A DNA stretch of 64,000 nt, from contig LSNS01000004.1 of assembly GCA_003056205.1 (NCBI GenBank), positions 55,870 to 119,869 on the forward strand. The letters are read 5' to 3'. Positions 29,711 to 38,235 of the stretch are shown piece by piece (positions within the stretch are counted from its first letter, which is position 1; each line of letters begins with the position of its first letter). Below the pieces are notes generated by a model, which saw only the letters and a list, made by a program, of their open reading frames with translations, was not told the origin of the DNA and made no database searches. This DNA is from Parcubacteria group bacterium M6-OD1-4 (GTDB taxonomy: Bacteria; Patescibacteriota; Patescibacteriia; Patescibacteriales; UBA12465). The position numbers and the translations under genes are program-made.

Positions 29711-29881
29711 ATTTTTGATTTTTTGTTTCCGAACTTATGGCTTAAGCATTTTAAACTTATTTTTTATCAACTAAAAAACAATGCTAAAACCATCTATCTC
29801 CTACTATAAATAGTATAAACCAAAAACACCTTTTTGACAATTAAGACTTTATTTATTATACTAAAATCACTTATTCCAAAA

Positions 29882-29964
29882 GCCGCGATGGCGGAACTGG
29901 TAGACGCGCACGACTCAAAATCGTGTTGGGGTAACCTAGTGAGGGTTCGATTCCCTCTCGCGGC
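29882..29964 (+). tRNA. tRNA-Leu (anticodon CAA), type II with a long variable arm
   Basis: gccgcga acceptor, gcggaactggtaga D-arm, anticodon stem cacga/tcgtg with loop ctCAAaa, T-arm gagggttcgattccctc, and 3' tcgcggc-a. Confidence 0.85.
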
Positions 29965-30057
29965 ACAATAATAAAAGTCGGCATTTGCCGACTTTTTAAA
30001 TAGTATTTAAATAAATTTTATTAGATTTTTTTGTTAAGTAGTTTAAAAAAAATTCAT

Positions 30058-30588
30058 TTATTTTTTCTGAGGATAAATTCGGTATTCCAGAAAATGTAGT
30101 TGTTTCCCGCTCATATTTATTTCATCGTATTCTCGTGCTACTTGAGCACCAAAAAACTCTGGGATTCTTCTACTAGCTTGATTATGAATATCTACTGGAT
30201 AAAAAAGATAATCATAATTTAGATTATGATCTGCCCATTTTTTAAGAGCAATGATGGCTTCTTTTCCATATCCATGACCATGAGCGGATTTCTTAATCCA
30301 GATTCCTAATTCTGGTGTTTTCCGATCTAGGTGATGAATACCGCCACAACCTAAAAAATCCTTGCTTTTTCTATGAAGTATAACAATTTGGAAATTACAA
30401 CCCTCCTCATTTTCTTTAATGGAGGTGGAAATAAATTTCTCCGTTTCTTTAATTTCCCGCGCTGGTCGAGGATACATATAAATAGCAATTTCTGGTGTTA
30501 ATTCTTTGAAAATATCATCTTTATATTTAAAAGTAATACCTTCTAAGTAAAGATTTTTTGTTTTGATGGTAATTTTTGATGTATTCAT
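30058..30588 (-). CDS. GNAT family N-acetyltransferase
   Basis: 176 aa. Acetyl-CoA-binding-like segment LGIWIKKSAHGHGYGKEAI. Confidence 0.55.
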   Translation of the reverse strand: MNTSKITIKTKNLYLEGITFKYKDDIFKELTPEIAIYMYPRPAREIKETEKFISTSIKENEEGCNFQIVILHRKSKDFLGCGGIHHLDRKTPELGIWIKKSAHGHGYGKEAIIALKKWADHNLNYDYLFYPVDIHNQASRRIPEFFGAQVAREYDEINMSGKQLHFLEYRIYPQKK

Positions 30589-30664
30589 GGAAAAAATAAA
30601 TTATGAGTAAAAAAAGAGATACGACGACAAATAGAACTGCATACATATTAATAGACGCTATTGC

Positions 30665-30972
30665 CAAACCATTAAAATTTCTTTCGGATGCAGATTAAAA
30701 ACCTTTTTCAATGTCGAATACTTTTGAGGATTTTCAATTCCCCATTTTGCTACATATACAGGAGAAATGACTTTAACCGTAAGTTTAGTCTCCTCAAGTA
30801 CCTCGCACTTAAGCCCAAACTCAGGCTGATCATCCTAATCAAGTCTTCCGCCAGGCAACATCCATAGTTCCTTGGTAAATTCTTTGTTTAAAGGTAGTTT
30901 TAAAATCAAAAATTCTTCTCGTGAATTCATGAGAACTCCATATTCTCCGACATTACATTTTAATCTTTTCAT
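30665..30972 (-). pseudogene. NUDIX hydrolase remnant with an in-frame stop and a degenerate Nudix box
   Basis: Minus-strand translation MKRLKCNVGEYGVLMNSREEF...LPGGRLD*DDQPEFGLKCEVLEETKL... The Nudix box is recognisable but mutated. An intact paralog lies at 42281..42712. Confidence 0.4.
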
Positions 30973-31140
30973 ATGTGTTAGTTTTTAATTTATTTCCAAT
31001 AACATCAAAATTTAATGAAGTTTTTCTAGAACGAAGAGAAAGAAAGATTTTGGTGAAAGAAAAAGTGTAACCTTTGAAAATTATTAACACACTTTTTATT
31101 GAATCTCATACATTCTATTATATAATGTAAAAAATATTTT

Positions 31141-31830
31141 TTAGGCTGTTTTATCGTCAATAAATAGTTTCGGAAAATCTGTGCCAATAGCATCCACGCC
31201 CATTGAAATTAATTTGTTGCCTAATTCTTTATTATTAACTCGATAAGCATAAACGGATTTTCTTAAACTATGGGCTTTGTTAATGAATTCTCGAGTAACA
31301 AGCTCGGAAAATGGGGCGAGAAAATCCAAAGGGACAGTGTTAGCCAAATCCCATATTTTTAGCATTACTTTATCTACACGAAAAAGAAGACCAACTTTTA
31401 AATCTGGGTTAATCTTTTTAATTTCTTTAAGTAGATAATCTTTAAATGAAGTAATGACGACTTGATTTTGAATATCATTTTTTAAAATAAGTTCATTCAC
31501 GGGCTCAGGTGTTTCATCTGCTTTTAATTCTATTTGTAAATCAATTTTATTTTTACAAACATCAATAACCTCCTGAAGCGTAGAGATTTTTTCACCTTGC
31601 TCACAATCTAATTTTTTCAGTTCAAGCAAAGTCATCTCATTGACAAAGCCCTTGCCACCGGTTAACTTGGAAACCTCCTCATCATGAAAAACAACCACTC
31701 GTCTGTCTTTGGTTAATCTAACATCTAGTTCAGCACGATCACAACCAATGGCAATTGCCATTCTAAATGAAGAGAGTGTATTTCCTGGTGCATAACCTGC
31801 TGCGCCTTTGTGTCCTACAATTTTTGTCAT
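31141..31830 (-). CDS. Glycerophosphodiester phosphodiesterase
   Basis: 229 aa. N-terminal HKGAAGYAPGNTLSSF and ELDVRLTKD...VVFHD motifs of the GDPD family. Confidence 0.8.
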   Translation of the reverse strand: MTKIVGHKGAAGYAPGNTLSSFRMAIAIGCDRAELDVRLTKDRRVVVFHDEEVSKLTGGKGFVNEMTLLELKKLDCEQGEKISTLQEVIDVCKNKIDLQIELKADETPEPVNELILKNDIQNQVVITSFKDYLLKEIKKINPDLKVGLLFRVDKVMLKIWDLANTVPLDFLAPFSELVTREFINKAHSLRKSVYAYRVNNKELGNKLISMGVDAIGTDFPKLFIDDKTA

Positions 31831-31966
31831 AAAAAATTCAAAAAATATTTTTTATTCCACTTAACCTTTAAGTATCATGCGATGTTTTTCTTTCTCTTCA
31901 CTATTATATTACAAATAAGAGAGAAAAAGAAATTTGGGAGATAAAATTTGATTAATAAGTAATTTT

Positions 31967-32635
31967 TTATTCATTAGAAATTTTTTCAGCCATTTTCATA
32001 ATAAAATCTTCAATAAACTCTTTGTCTATTTTTTCACCTACTTTGGATTCCTTTATTTCTTTAAAAAAATTTTCAATTCCTCTATCTTTCAATGCTTGAA
32101 ATTCCAACTTATCTTGTTCCTCCTGGTTGTCTGTTTTAGGAACCGAGTTTATTGCCCTATTAATATCTATTGATGTATGCAGAAAGTTATATAAATTCTC
32201 AAACGAAGAAAATTCTTTTAGTTTCCCTTGCTGTTTATATTTCTGAAATTTTGTTTCCATTTCTCCCAAAACTTCAGGAAAATATTTTTTCACTCGCTCA
32301 AGTCCTCTCTGATAAGCATCTTTTTCTTTAACCTCTATATATCGACTCCATTCCTTGTCTTGATCTATTTTGTTGATTTTTGTATTAAATTCTTCTTGTC
32401 GCAAATGTCCGAGTTCATGTAAAACCACTCCAAATGAAAGAAAAATATCTCCTTTGGGATATCGTATTTCAAAATCATTTGTCCCTTTGATTATACGTCC
32501 AGTGCCTTGCATTTCAACAGGCCATCCTAAAGACTTTTTTCCTTCGCTAAGAGAATCTGGTAATTCAGAGAGTGAAAAGATATTCCCCTTTTTCAAAGAA
32601 TATTTAGGCTGAAAGAATTTTTCTTCATTATTCAT
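31967..32635 (-). CDS. Putative HExxH zinc metallopeptidase (ImmA/IrrE-like or WLM-like)
   Basis: 222 aa. Single HELGHLRQEE motif (HExxH followed by a downstream Glu). Confidence 0.4.
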   Translation of the reverse strand: MNNEEKFFQPKYSLKKGNIFSLSELPDSLSEGKKSLGWPVEMQGTGRIIKGTNDFEIRYPKGDIFLSFGVVLHELGHLRQEEFNTKINKIDQDKEWSRYIEVKEKDAYQRGLERVKKYFPEVLGEMETKFQKYKQQGKLKEFSSFENLYNFLHTSIDINRAINSVPKTDNQEEQDKLEFQALKDRGIENFFKEIKESKVGEKIDKEFIEDFIMKMAEKISNE

Positions 32636-32725
32636 AAAATTAGTTATTGAGTAAATTTCTGAACCACATATGTTATGTTAGGTGATGTAGCAAAAGCCGA
32701 CTCCTTAATTTAAAATTTTGGCAAT

Positions 32726-33124
32726 CTATTTGTTTTCAATGCGATCTATTAATTTTTCAAGATCGTTTTTGTCACCAATCTTACCGCTCATGTGCGTAAG
32801 TAATGTATTTAAGCCAAATAAGCCTTCGCCATTAAGTCGTTCTTGTGCATCAGTAGCAAAATGCTGAATTTCATACTCAATCTTCTGTCTAAATTGAGGA
32901 TCAACATTTTCAAGAGCACTTTCTAATTGACCCGGAAGGGCGACAAGAAGTTGAGCTCTTTCTTGCAGTTTTTGTTTATATTCTCCCGTATCTTTTTTTG
33001 CGAGAGCCATGCCAGCCCCATGATCTAAAGAGCGAAACTTCTCCACCGTTTCTTTTAAAATTTGAACGACGGGTCGTAGGACATCTTTGTCCTCCTGTGG
33101 ATAATTTTGTTCTGGTGATTCCAT
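32726..33124 (-). CDS. Hypothetical helical protein
   Basis: 132-aa ORF. No motif recognised. Confidence 0.3.
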   Translation of the reverse strand: MESPEQNYPQEDKDVLRPVVQILKETVEKFRSLDHGAGMALAKKDTGEYKQKLQERAQLLVALPGQLESALENVDPQFRQKIEYEIQHFATDAQERLNGEGLFGLNTLLTHMSGKIGDKNDLEKLIDRIENK

Positions 33125-33226
33125 ATAATTATAATTTAGTTAATAATAAGTTGCCAAGATTCTTTAAAAATGTAAAGATGTTTTTGCTATTCCACATAAC
33201 AAAGTATATGATGTTGTTTGCGGACA

Positions 33227-33565
33227 TTACCCTTCTTTCGTCCTATTTAACACTCCATTTACTTTTTTGTACTCTCGGTTTTTATTTTTTTCAACTTTTT
33301 TCAAAATTTCATCCTCTAGGTTGATATTCAAAATTGCGGACAATCCCATTAAATATATTGCGACATCTGCTAGTTCTTCACCCAAATCTGGTAGTTTCTT
33401 TCTATATGCATGAAAAGCTTCGGAAAGTTCTTCGTGTATTAGACTAAATTCCAAACCGACATCAGTAGTATTAAAACCCTTAGCAATTTTATTCTTGAAT
33501 ATTTCTTTTTGTAATTTTTGTAAATCGATCATAGTCGAAAAAAAATTATTAGATAAATATAGCAA
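33227..33565 (-). CDS. MazG-like nucleotide pyrophosphohydrolase domain protein
   Basis: 112 aa. EExxE/ExxD metal-binding helices (IHEELSEAF...GEELADVAIYL). Confidence 0.55.
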   Translation of the reverse strand: MLYLSNNFFSTMIDLQKLQKEIFKNKIAKGFNTTDVGLEFSLIHEELSEAFHAYRKKLPDLGEELADVAIYLMGLSAILNINLEDEILKKVEKNKNREYKKVNGVLNRTKEG

Positions 33566-33614
33566 ACCATTTCATATAACGTGCGCGGATAATCCGAAGT
33601 TGCGAACGGTTGTT

Positions 33615-33817
33615 TTATTTTTTCGCACCTCGATATATCAAATAAGCACCGCCGAACAATGCGATTAATGTCCAAGTATTGTAGCCTACTAATTCAGTAG
33701 TACTCCAATCAGCAATGTATTTAAAATTTCCGCCACCTAAGGTGCCAATTATTAATAATGCCCCGAGTACAAAAAAATAGTTTTCTTGGCGGTGCTGGGC
33801 TTTTTTTGTTCATCCAT
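33615..33817 (-). pseudogene. DUF378-like small membrane protein, frameshifted at a T7 (plus-strand A7) homopolymer
   Basis: ATG frame reads MDEQKKPSTAKKTIF and then stops. The +1 frame continues FVLGALLIIGTLGGGNFKYIADWSTTELVGYNTWTLIALFGGAYLIYRGAKK, which resembles DUF378. Confidence 0.35.
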
Positions 33818-34226
33818 ATGTTTTTTATAGATTAGTGAGCAATTTGGGTGGAGGCTTTCGGAAGAGCCGTAACCGGATACTCGTTGTTAGCTGATGTATA
33901 TGTTTTTCTTTGATTTGCGAATGCAAATCACTCTTAAAAAGAATTTAATTTTGTTTTTTCTTTTTGGATTTTTGAAAGAGGGAAATTAAAGGGGTGAATT
34001 TCTAAAATCCAAAACTCATTATTATTTTTTATCATCTACTATTATATTTTGGTAGTATATTCTTTGATTATCAATAAATACTTTATTTTTTGTCCAGTCG
34101 GATTTACTATGTTCTGAAGAAGAAGTTTTTACTGATGGTAAATTATTGGCAGCGCTATTTTGACTATAAAAATTTGATAAGTGGTTACTATTAATAGTTG
34201 TCATATAAAATTTAAGAATAGTTTAA

Positions 34227-35222
34227 TTAAATTTGGTGTTGCCATCCCTCGAATGTTCTATTGTCCTGTATAGGTATTTGTTGGTTAACCGGTTGCTGTG
34301 GTAATTTTGTTAGAGTTCCTTCGCTAATATATATGTCTGAACCACCGTCAATAGAATCAAGTATCCCTCTGTGAAATGAATAATTAATTGTTTGATTAGT
34401 ACTTAAAAGTGTAGCGGGTTGATATGGTATTCTTAATTCTAATTCATTTTCAATATCATCATAAATAGCTTTGATTATATTATATAATTGTTGATTGGGT
34501 TTTTCCATATTTAAACCTAATCCTTCTTTTACTTCTTTTCTGTTTATTGTGTAGTCATGACTACCAGAATCTGAGCATAAAAATTTTATTATTTCCTTCA
34601 CATTTTTTCCATCAATATTTTGGTTCTTTAAAAGTTTATCTGCGAGCATTTGAATTTGTGCTTTTGATCTATAAACTTCTCCAAGTGATAGAGGGTGAAT
34701 TTTTTCGCTTAATTTTAAATAAACTTCTTTCAAGTCGCTGCTCTTTTTAATTTTAAAATCATTTTTTGCCATCTCAAGATAACCATTAACATGCTCGACG
34801 CTCACTGGTACTTTTATTTGTTGATTATTAATTACCACGACTGGATTAAGAAGTCCGTTTGTACTTGGATCAATTGGCCCCAGTGTTGCTTGTTTTGTCA
34901 TTATTATTTTATTTGCACCTAAACAAATTAAAGTTCCAGCACTATGACAATTAAACGGAACTATAATTTCAAGCTCTTTACAGAAATTTCTTAGCAAATT
35001 AATAAAACTCCACGCTGCTAAAGTGCTTCCACCTCTTGTATAGATAAAAAGAGTTATTTTTTCTACATCACCTATTGCGTCAAGGTGATTTGTGAGTGGT
35101 GAAATAATATCTGGTGCTATTCGAGTTTCAAGACCACCCCTGTCACTAGTACAAAATACTATTAATTTTGAATTACGCAACGATTCTATTTGTCGGTAAT
35201 TACTCATTCTATCTTCTCTCAT
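34227..35222 (-). CDS. ClpP/crotonase-fold serine peptidase (S49/SDH-like)
   Basis: 331 aa. N-terminal ClpP-like segment ...LFIYTRGGSTLAAWSFINLL...CHSAGTLICLGAN... plus an extra C-terminal domain of about 150 aa. Confidence 0.5.
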   Translation of the reverse strand: MREDRMSNYRQIESLRNSKLIVFCTSDRGGLETRIAPDIISPLTNHLDAIGDVEKITLFIYTRGGSTLAAWSFINLLRNFCKELEIIVPFNCHSAGTLICLGANKIIMTKQATLGPIDPSTNGLLNPVVVINNQQIKVPVSVEHVNGYLEMAKNDFKIKKSSDLKEVYLKLSEKIHPLSLGEVYRSKAQIQMLADKLLKNQNIDGKNVKEIIKFLCSDSGSHDYTINRKEVKEGLGLNMEKPNQQLYNIIKAIYDDIENELELRIPYQPATLLSTNQTINYSFHRGILDSIDGGSDIYISEGTLTKLPQQPVNQQIPIQDNRTFEGWQHQI

Positions 35223-35430
35223 ATTTTTAATTTATAAATTAGTTTTTGTAATGATAGTGGAAAAATTCGTTATTTCCCCTCATTAAATAAATAAAAAACA
35301 AAATTAAATTCTTTTTAAAAGTAAGGGCGAAACCTTAAAAGAAAAACATATATTTCAGCTAACGTTTAGGAATATCTGAAGTTCGCCGAAGTGAAACGAA
35401 GGCGAATTTGGATAACGTTTTAGTATATGA

Positions 35431-35454
35431 GAAGTTTCGCCGACTTCCTTTTTT
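35431..35454 (+). terminator. Plus-strand intrinsic-terminator-like hairpin (gaagt-ttcgccg-acttc plus T6)
   Basis: 5-bp stem, 7-nt loop, then cttttttaatt. It is unusual because no annotated plus-strand gene lies upstream. Confidence 0.35.
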
Positions 35455-35580
35455 AATTATATCATAAAAGGAGGCGAAATTTGGGTGAAAGAAATTTGCA
35501 CTCCTTACTAAAATTTAAAATGCAAATTTCTAGAACCTCATATACTTTGTTATCGGATGTAATTTAGCCACGCCGTGAAT

Positions 35581-36168
35581 TTACTTCTGACGTCTTTCAT
35601 GTCTAATTTTTTCAAAAACCTCTCCTTCCCCTAATGGATCAAGAGCAGTGTGGTGTAGCATTGCCTTTTCCTCATGTTTGGTTTTTTCTGAAATATGATA
35701 TTGTACTGGTTCAAGTAGCAGTGGCACAAGAGTATCAAGTTTATATTTTGCCAGATAAGCATGGGCAATAATTTCAATACGACGCAAATGATTTGGTTCG
35801 CTAATTAAAACTAAACGCAACTGCTCAGTATTTTTAAGATTTTTGAAAAAATTTTGTTGTTTCAATAAAGAAAAAGAAAATTTTATATTCTCTACAGTCT
35901 CTACCGACTTAGTTTCGGATAAAATGTCGTTTCTAGGTACACCTTTCGCTATTAAATAATCCTTCATTAAATTAGCAATTGAAATTTGTTGTCCTTTTTG
36001 AAATATGCCACCAGTACAAATAATTTTATTAATAAAACTTTGTCTGTATAAAATAAGTGCTTTATCAGCTCTAGCCCGTGTATCCCAAGCTATAACATCC
36101 TTGTTCTTTTGTTTTCGAACTCCGCACGAAAAACAGATTCCAATTGATATAAAATTTTCTTTTTCCAT
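35581..36168 (-). CDS. DUF218/YdcF-family protein
   Basis: 195 aa. ...KIICTGGIFQKG... and ...SETKSVETVENIKFS... match the DUF218 core motifs. Confidence 0.5.
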   Translation of the reverse strand: MEKENFISIGICFSCGVRKQKNKDVIAWDTRARADKALILYRQSFINKIICTGGIFQKGQQISIANLMKDYLIAKGVPRNDILSETKSVETVENIKFSFSLLKQQNFFKNLKNTEQLRLVLISEPNHLRRIEIIAHAYLAKYKLDTLVPLLLEPVQYHISEKTKHEEKAMLHHTALDPLGEGEVFEKIRHERRQK

Positions 36169-36447
36169 ATGTTTTTAGATTAGTGGCTAAATTATTTCCG
36201 ATAACGCGCGCGGATAATCCAAGGTTTCTTGAAACAAATCCCGAAGGGTTTGTGGAAAGAAATTTTTGGATATCCGTTGTTATACGAAGTTCCGCGGAGC
36301 GGAATGAAGTATAACGGCGGAGGTATGCGCGCGCGTTATTCAAAATGGAGTGAAGCGGAATTTTGAATAACTAGTTATTATCCAAACTCTATGCCTATAT
36401 TGTAACAATATCTTGTATGTCATGCAAACTTTTGATACAATATTGAT

Positions 36448-37260
36448 ATGGATAAAATTTTAGAAAAAACTGATCGCTTGTTGCGACTTCGCAATTATAG
36501 TCCAAAAACTCGCAAAGCATATTTGCTTTACATTAAAAATTATATCACATTTTCCAAAACACTTGGTATAAAAAACAAGCAAAAAGCGATTGAAAATTTT
36601 TTGCTTGATAAACACAGACGAAAGCAATCTCCACAGACGATTAACTTGGCACTCAACTCTGTAAAATTCTTATATACAGAAGTATTAGGGGATTCGCAGA
36701 AAATTGACTTAAAATTTGCAAAAAGAAGTAAGAAGTTGCCAATAGTATTATCACGAGCAGAAATTAACAAAATCATTGAGACAACCGATAACTCAAAGTA
36801 TAAGCTCATGATTTCGCTTGGTTATGCTTGTGGTATGAGAGTTAGCGAAGTGGTAAAACTTAAGGTATCAGATTTAGATATTGATGAGCTTGTTGTACAT
36901 ATTAAGGGAGCAAAAGGAAAGAAAGATAGAATTAGCGTGTTACCAGAAAAATTGCAAAACGATTTACGAAATGCTATTGCGGGTAAAAATGTAAACGATT
37001 TTATCTTTACTTCCAATCGTGGTGGCAGTCTCACGACAACATCACTCCAAAAAATGTTTCGGAAAAGTTTGGCAAAAGCAAACGTGAGCAAACCTGCAAC
37101 TTTTCACTCTTTGCGACACTCCTTTGCCACTCACTTATTAGAAAACGGAACAGATGTACGCTATGTGCAGGAATTACTTGGGCACGCCAACATCCGTACC
37201 ACGCAAATATACACTCAAGTTACAAATCCAAAATTAAAGAATATTAAAAGTCCATTGTAA
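36448..37260 (+). CDS. Tyrosine site-specific recombinase/integrase (XerC/D-like)
   Basis: 270 aa. N-terminal SAM-like core-binding domain. Catalytic motifs include R in GMRVSE, HSLRHSFATHLL (HxxR) and GHANIRTTQIYTQV (nucleophile Tyr). Confidence 0.85.
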   Translation: MDKILEKTDRLLRLRNYSPKTRKAYLLYIKNYITFSKTLGIKNKQKAIENFLLDKHRRKQSPQTINLALNSVKFLYTEVLGDSQKIDLKFAKRSKKLPIVLSRAEINKIIETTDNSKYKLMISLGYACGMRVSEVVKLKVSDLDIDELVVHIKGAKGKKDRISVLPEKLQNDLRNAIAGKNVNDFIFTSNRGGSLTTTSLQKMFRKSLAKANVSKPATFHSLRHSFATHLLENGTDVRYVQELLGHANIRTTQIYTQVTNPKLKNIKSPL

Positions 37261-37274
37261 TTGTTATAGCAAAC

Positions 37275-37358
37275 CCACAAAAATCAAAATTGCCTTTGCG
37301 TTTTTATCCTTTTTCCAATTTTTTTCGAAAAAGGAAAAGGCAGATTTTGTTTTTGTGG
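37275..37358. repeat. Long imperfect inverted repeat (ccacaaaaatcaaaattgcctttgc ... gaaaaggcagattttgtttttgtgg), immediately 3' of the integrase gene
   Basis: Arms are about 25 nt each with a 9/9 match at the ends, and the loop is about 35 nt. Could be a terminator or a recombination/arm site. Confidence 0.45.
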
Positions 37359-37454
37359 CTCGCCGTAGTGAAGCGGAGGCGGGTAACGCGAATAATATTG
37401 TTCACGCCTTGAGGCGAAAAAAAACCTGCTAAAGGCGGACGAATTCTATTCTAG

Positions 37455-37538
37455 TGCCCGGAAGAGGACTTGAACCTCCAAGGAATTTCTTCCACAGCGT
37501 TCTGAACACTGCGTGTTTACCAATTTCACCATCCGGGC
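37455..37538 (-). tRNA. tRNA-Leu (anticodon CAG), type II
   Basis: Reverse complement gcccggatggtgaaattggtaaacacgcagtgttcagaacgctgtggaagaaattccttggaggttcaagtcctcttccgggca. Acceptor gcccgga/tccgggc, anticodon loop ttCAGaa, long variable arm. Confidence 0.85.
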
Positions 37539-37559
37539 TTAATAAGCTATAATACTATT

Positions 37560-38198
37560 ATGTTAGATTTAAAAATAGAAAGCAAATATTTTCAACTTGG
37601 CTACCAAGCTATCGGTGGTGTCGATGAAGCTGGTCGTGGTCCTTTGGCGGGACCAGTGGTAGCGGCCTGTGTAGTTATCGGACCAGATTTTAAAATTGAT
37701 TCTAAAGATTTAGAAGCGGTAACTGACTCTAAAAAACTAAGTGCTAAAAAAAGAGAACAACTTTTCGGCTTAATCAAAAAAAAGGTTCTCGCTGTGGAAA
37801 TTGGTTTAGCTGATAATTTAACAATTGATAAAATAAATATTCTACAAGCTAGTTTCCTAGCCATGCGTCGAGCAATCCGTAAATTAAAAGTAAAACCAGA
37901 TTATTTATTAATAGACGGGGGCTTTAAAATACCTAAGATAAGCAGACCACAAAGTGCTATCATCCATGGTGATGCCCAAGTTTGGACTATCGCTGCCGCT
38001 TCTATTATTGCGAAAGTAAGCCGGGACTGGCTCATGACAGAAATTGATAAACAATATCCTCAATATGAATTTGCTCGCCATAAAGGTTATGGAACTAAAT
38101 TACATATTGATAAACTCCAAGAATACGGCCCCTGTCCTATCCACCGTTTTAGCTTTCGGCCAATTAAAAAAGAGAGTAAAATTAAAACCCCCAAATAA
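37560..38198 (+). CDS. rnhB: Ribonuclease HII
   Basis: 212 aa. DEAGRGPLAGPVV active-site motif. Confidence 0.9.
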   Translation: MLDLKIESKYFQLGYQAIGGVDEAGRGPLAGPVVAACVVIGPDFKIDSKDLEAVTDSKKLSAKKREQLFGLIKKKVLAVEIGLADNLTIDKINILQASFLAMRRAIRKLKVKPDYLLIDGGFKIPKISRPQSAIIHGDAQVWTIAAASIIAKVSRDWLMTEIDKQYPQYEFARHKGYGTKLHIDKLQEYGPCPIHRFSFRPIKKESKIKTPK

Positions 38199-38235
38199 AC
38201 GGGGGTTTTAAAATAGATGAATCATAGAAATTAAA

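Noticed and set aside
36071-36343. 90-aa ORF overlapping the DUF218 start and the GC-rich repeat region
   Set aside because: It overlaps the 5' end of a credible gene and reads through the repeat/hairpin elements. It is more likely noncoding.
34227-37260. Prophage (ClpP-like protease plus integrase)
   Set aside because: No terminase, portal, capsid or tail genes. The protease has a non-phage extra domain. More consistent with a small integrative island.
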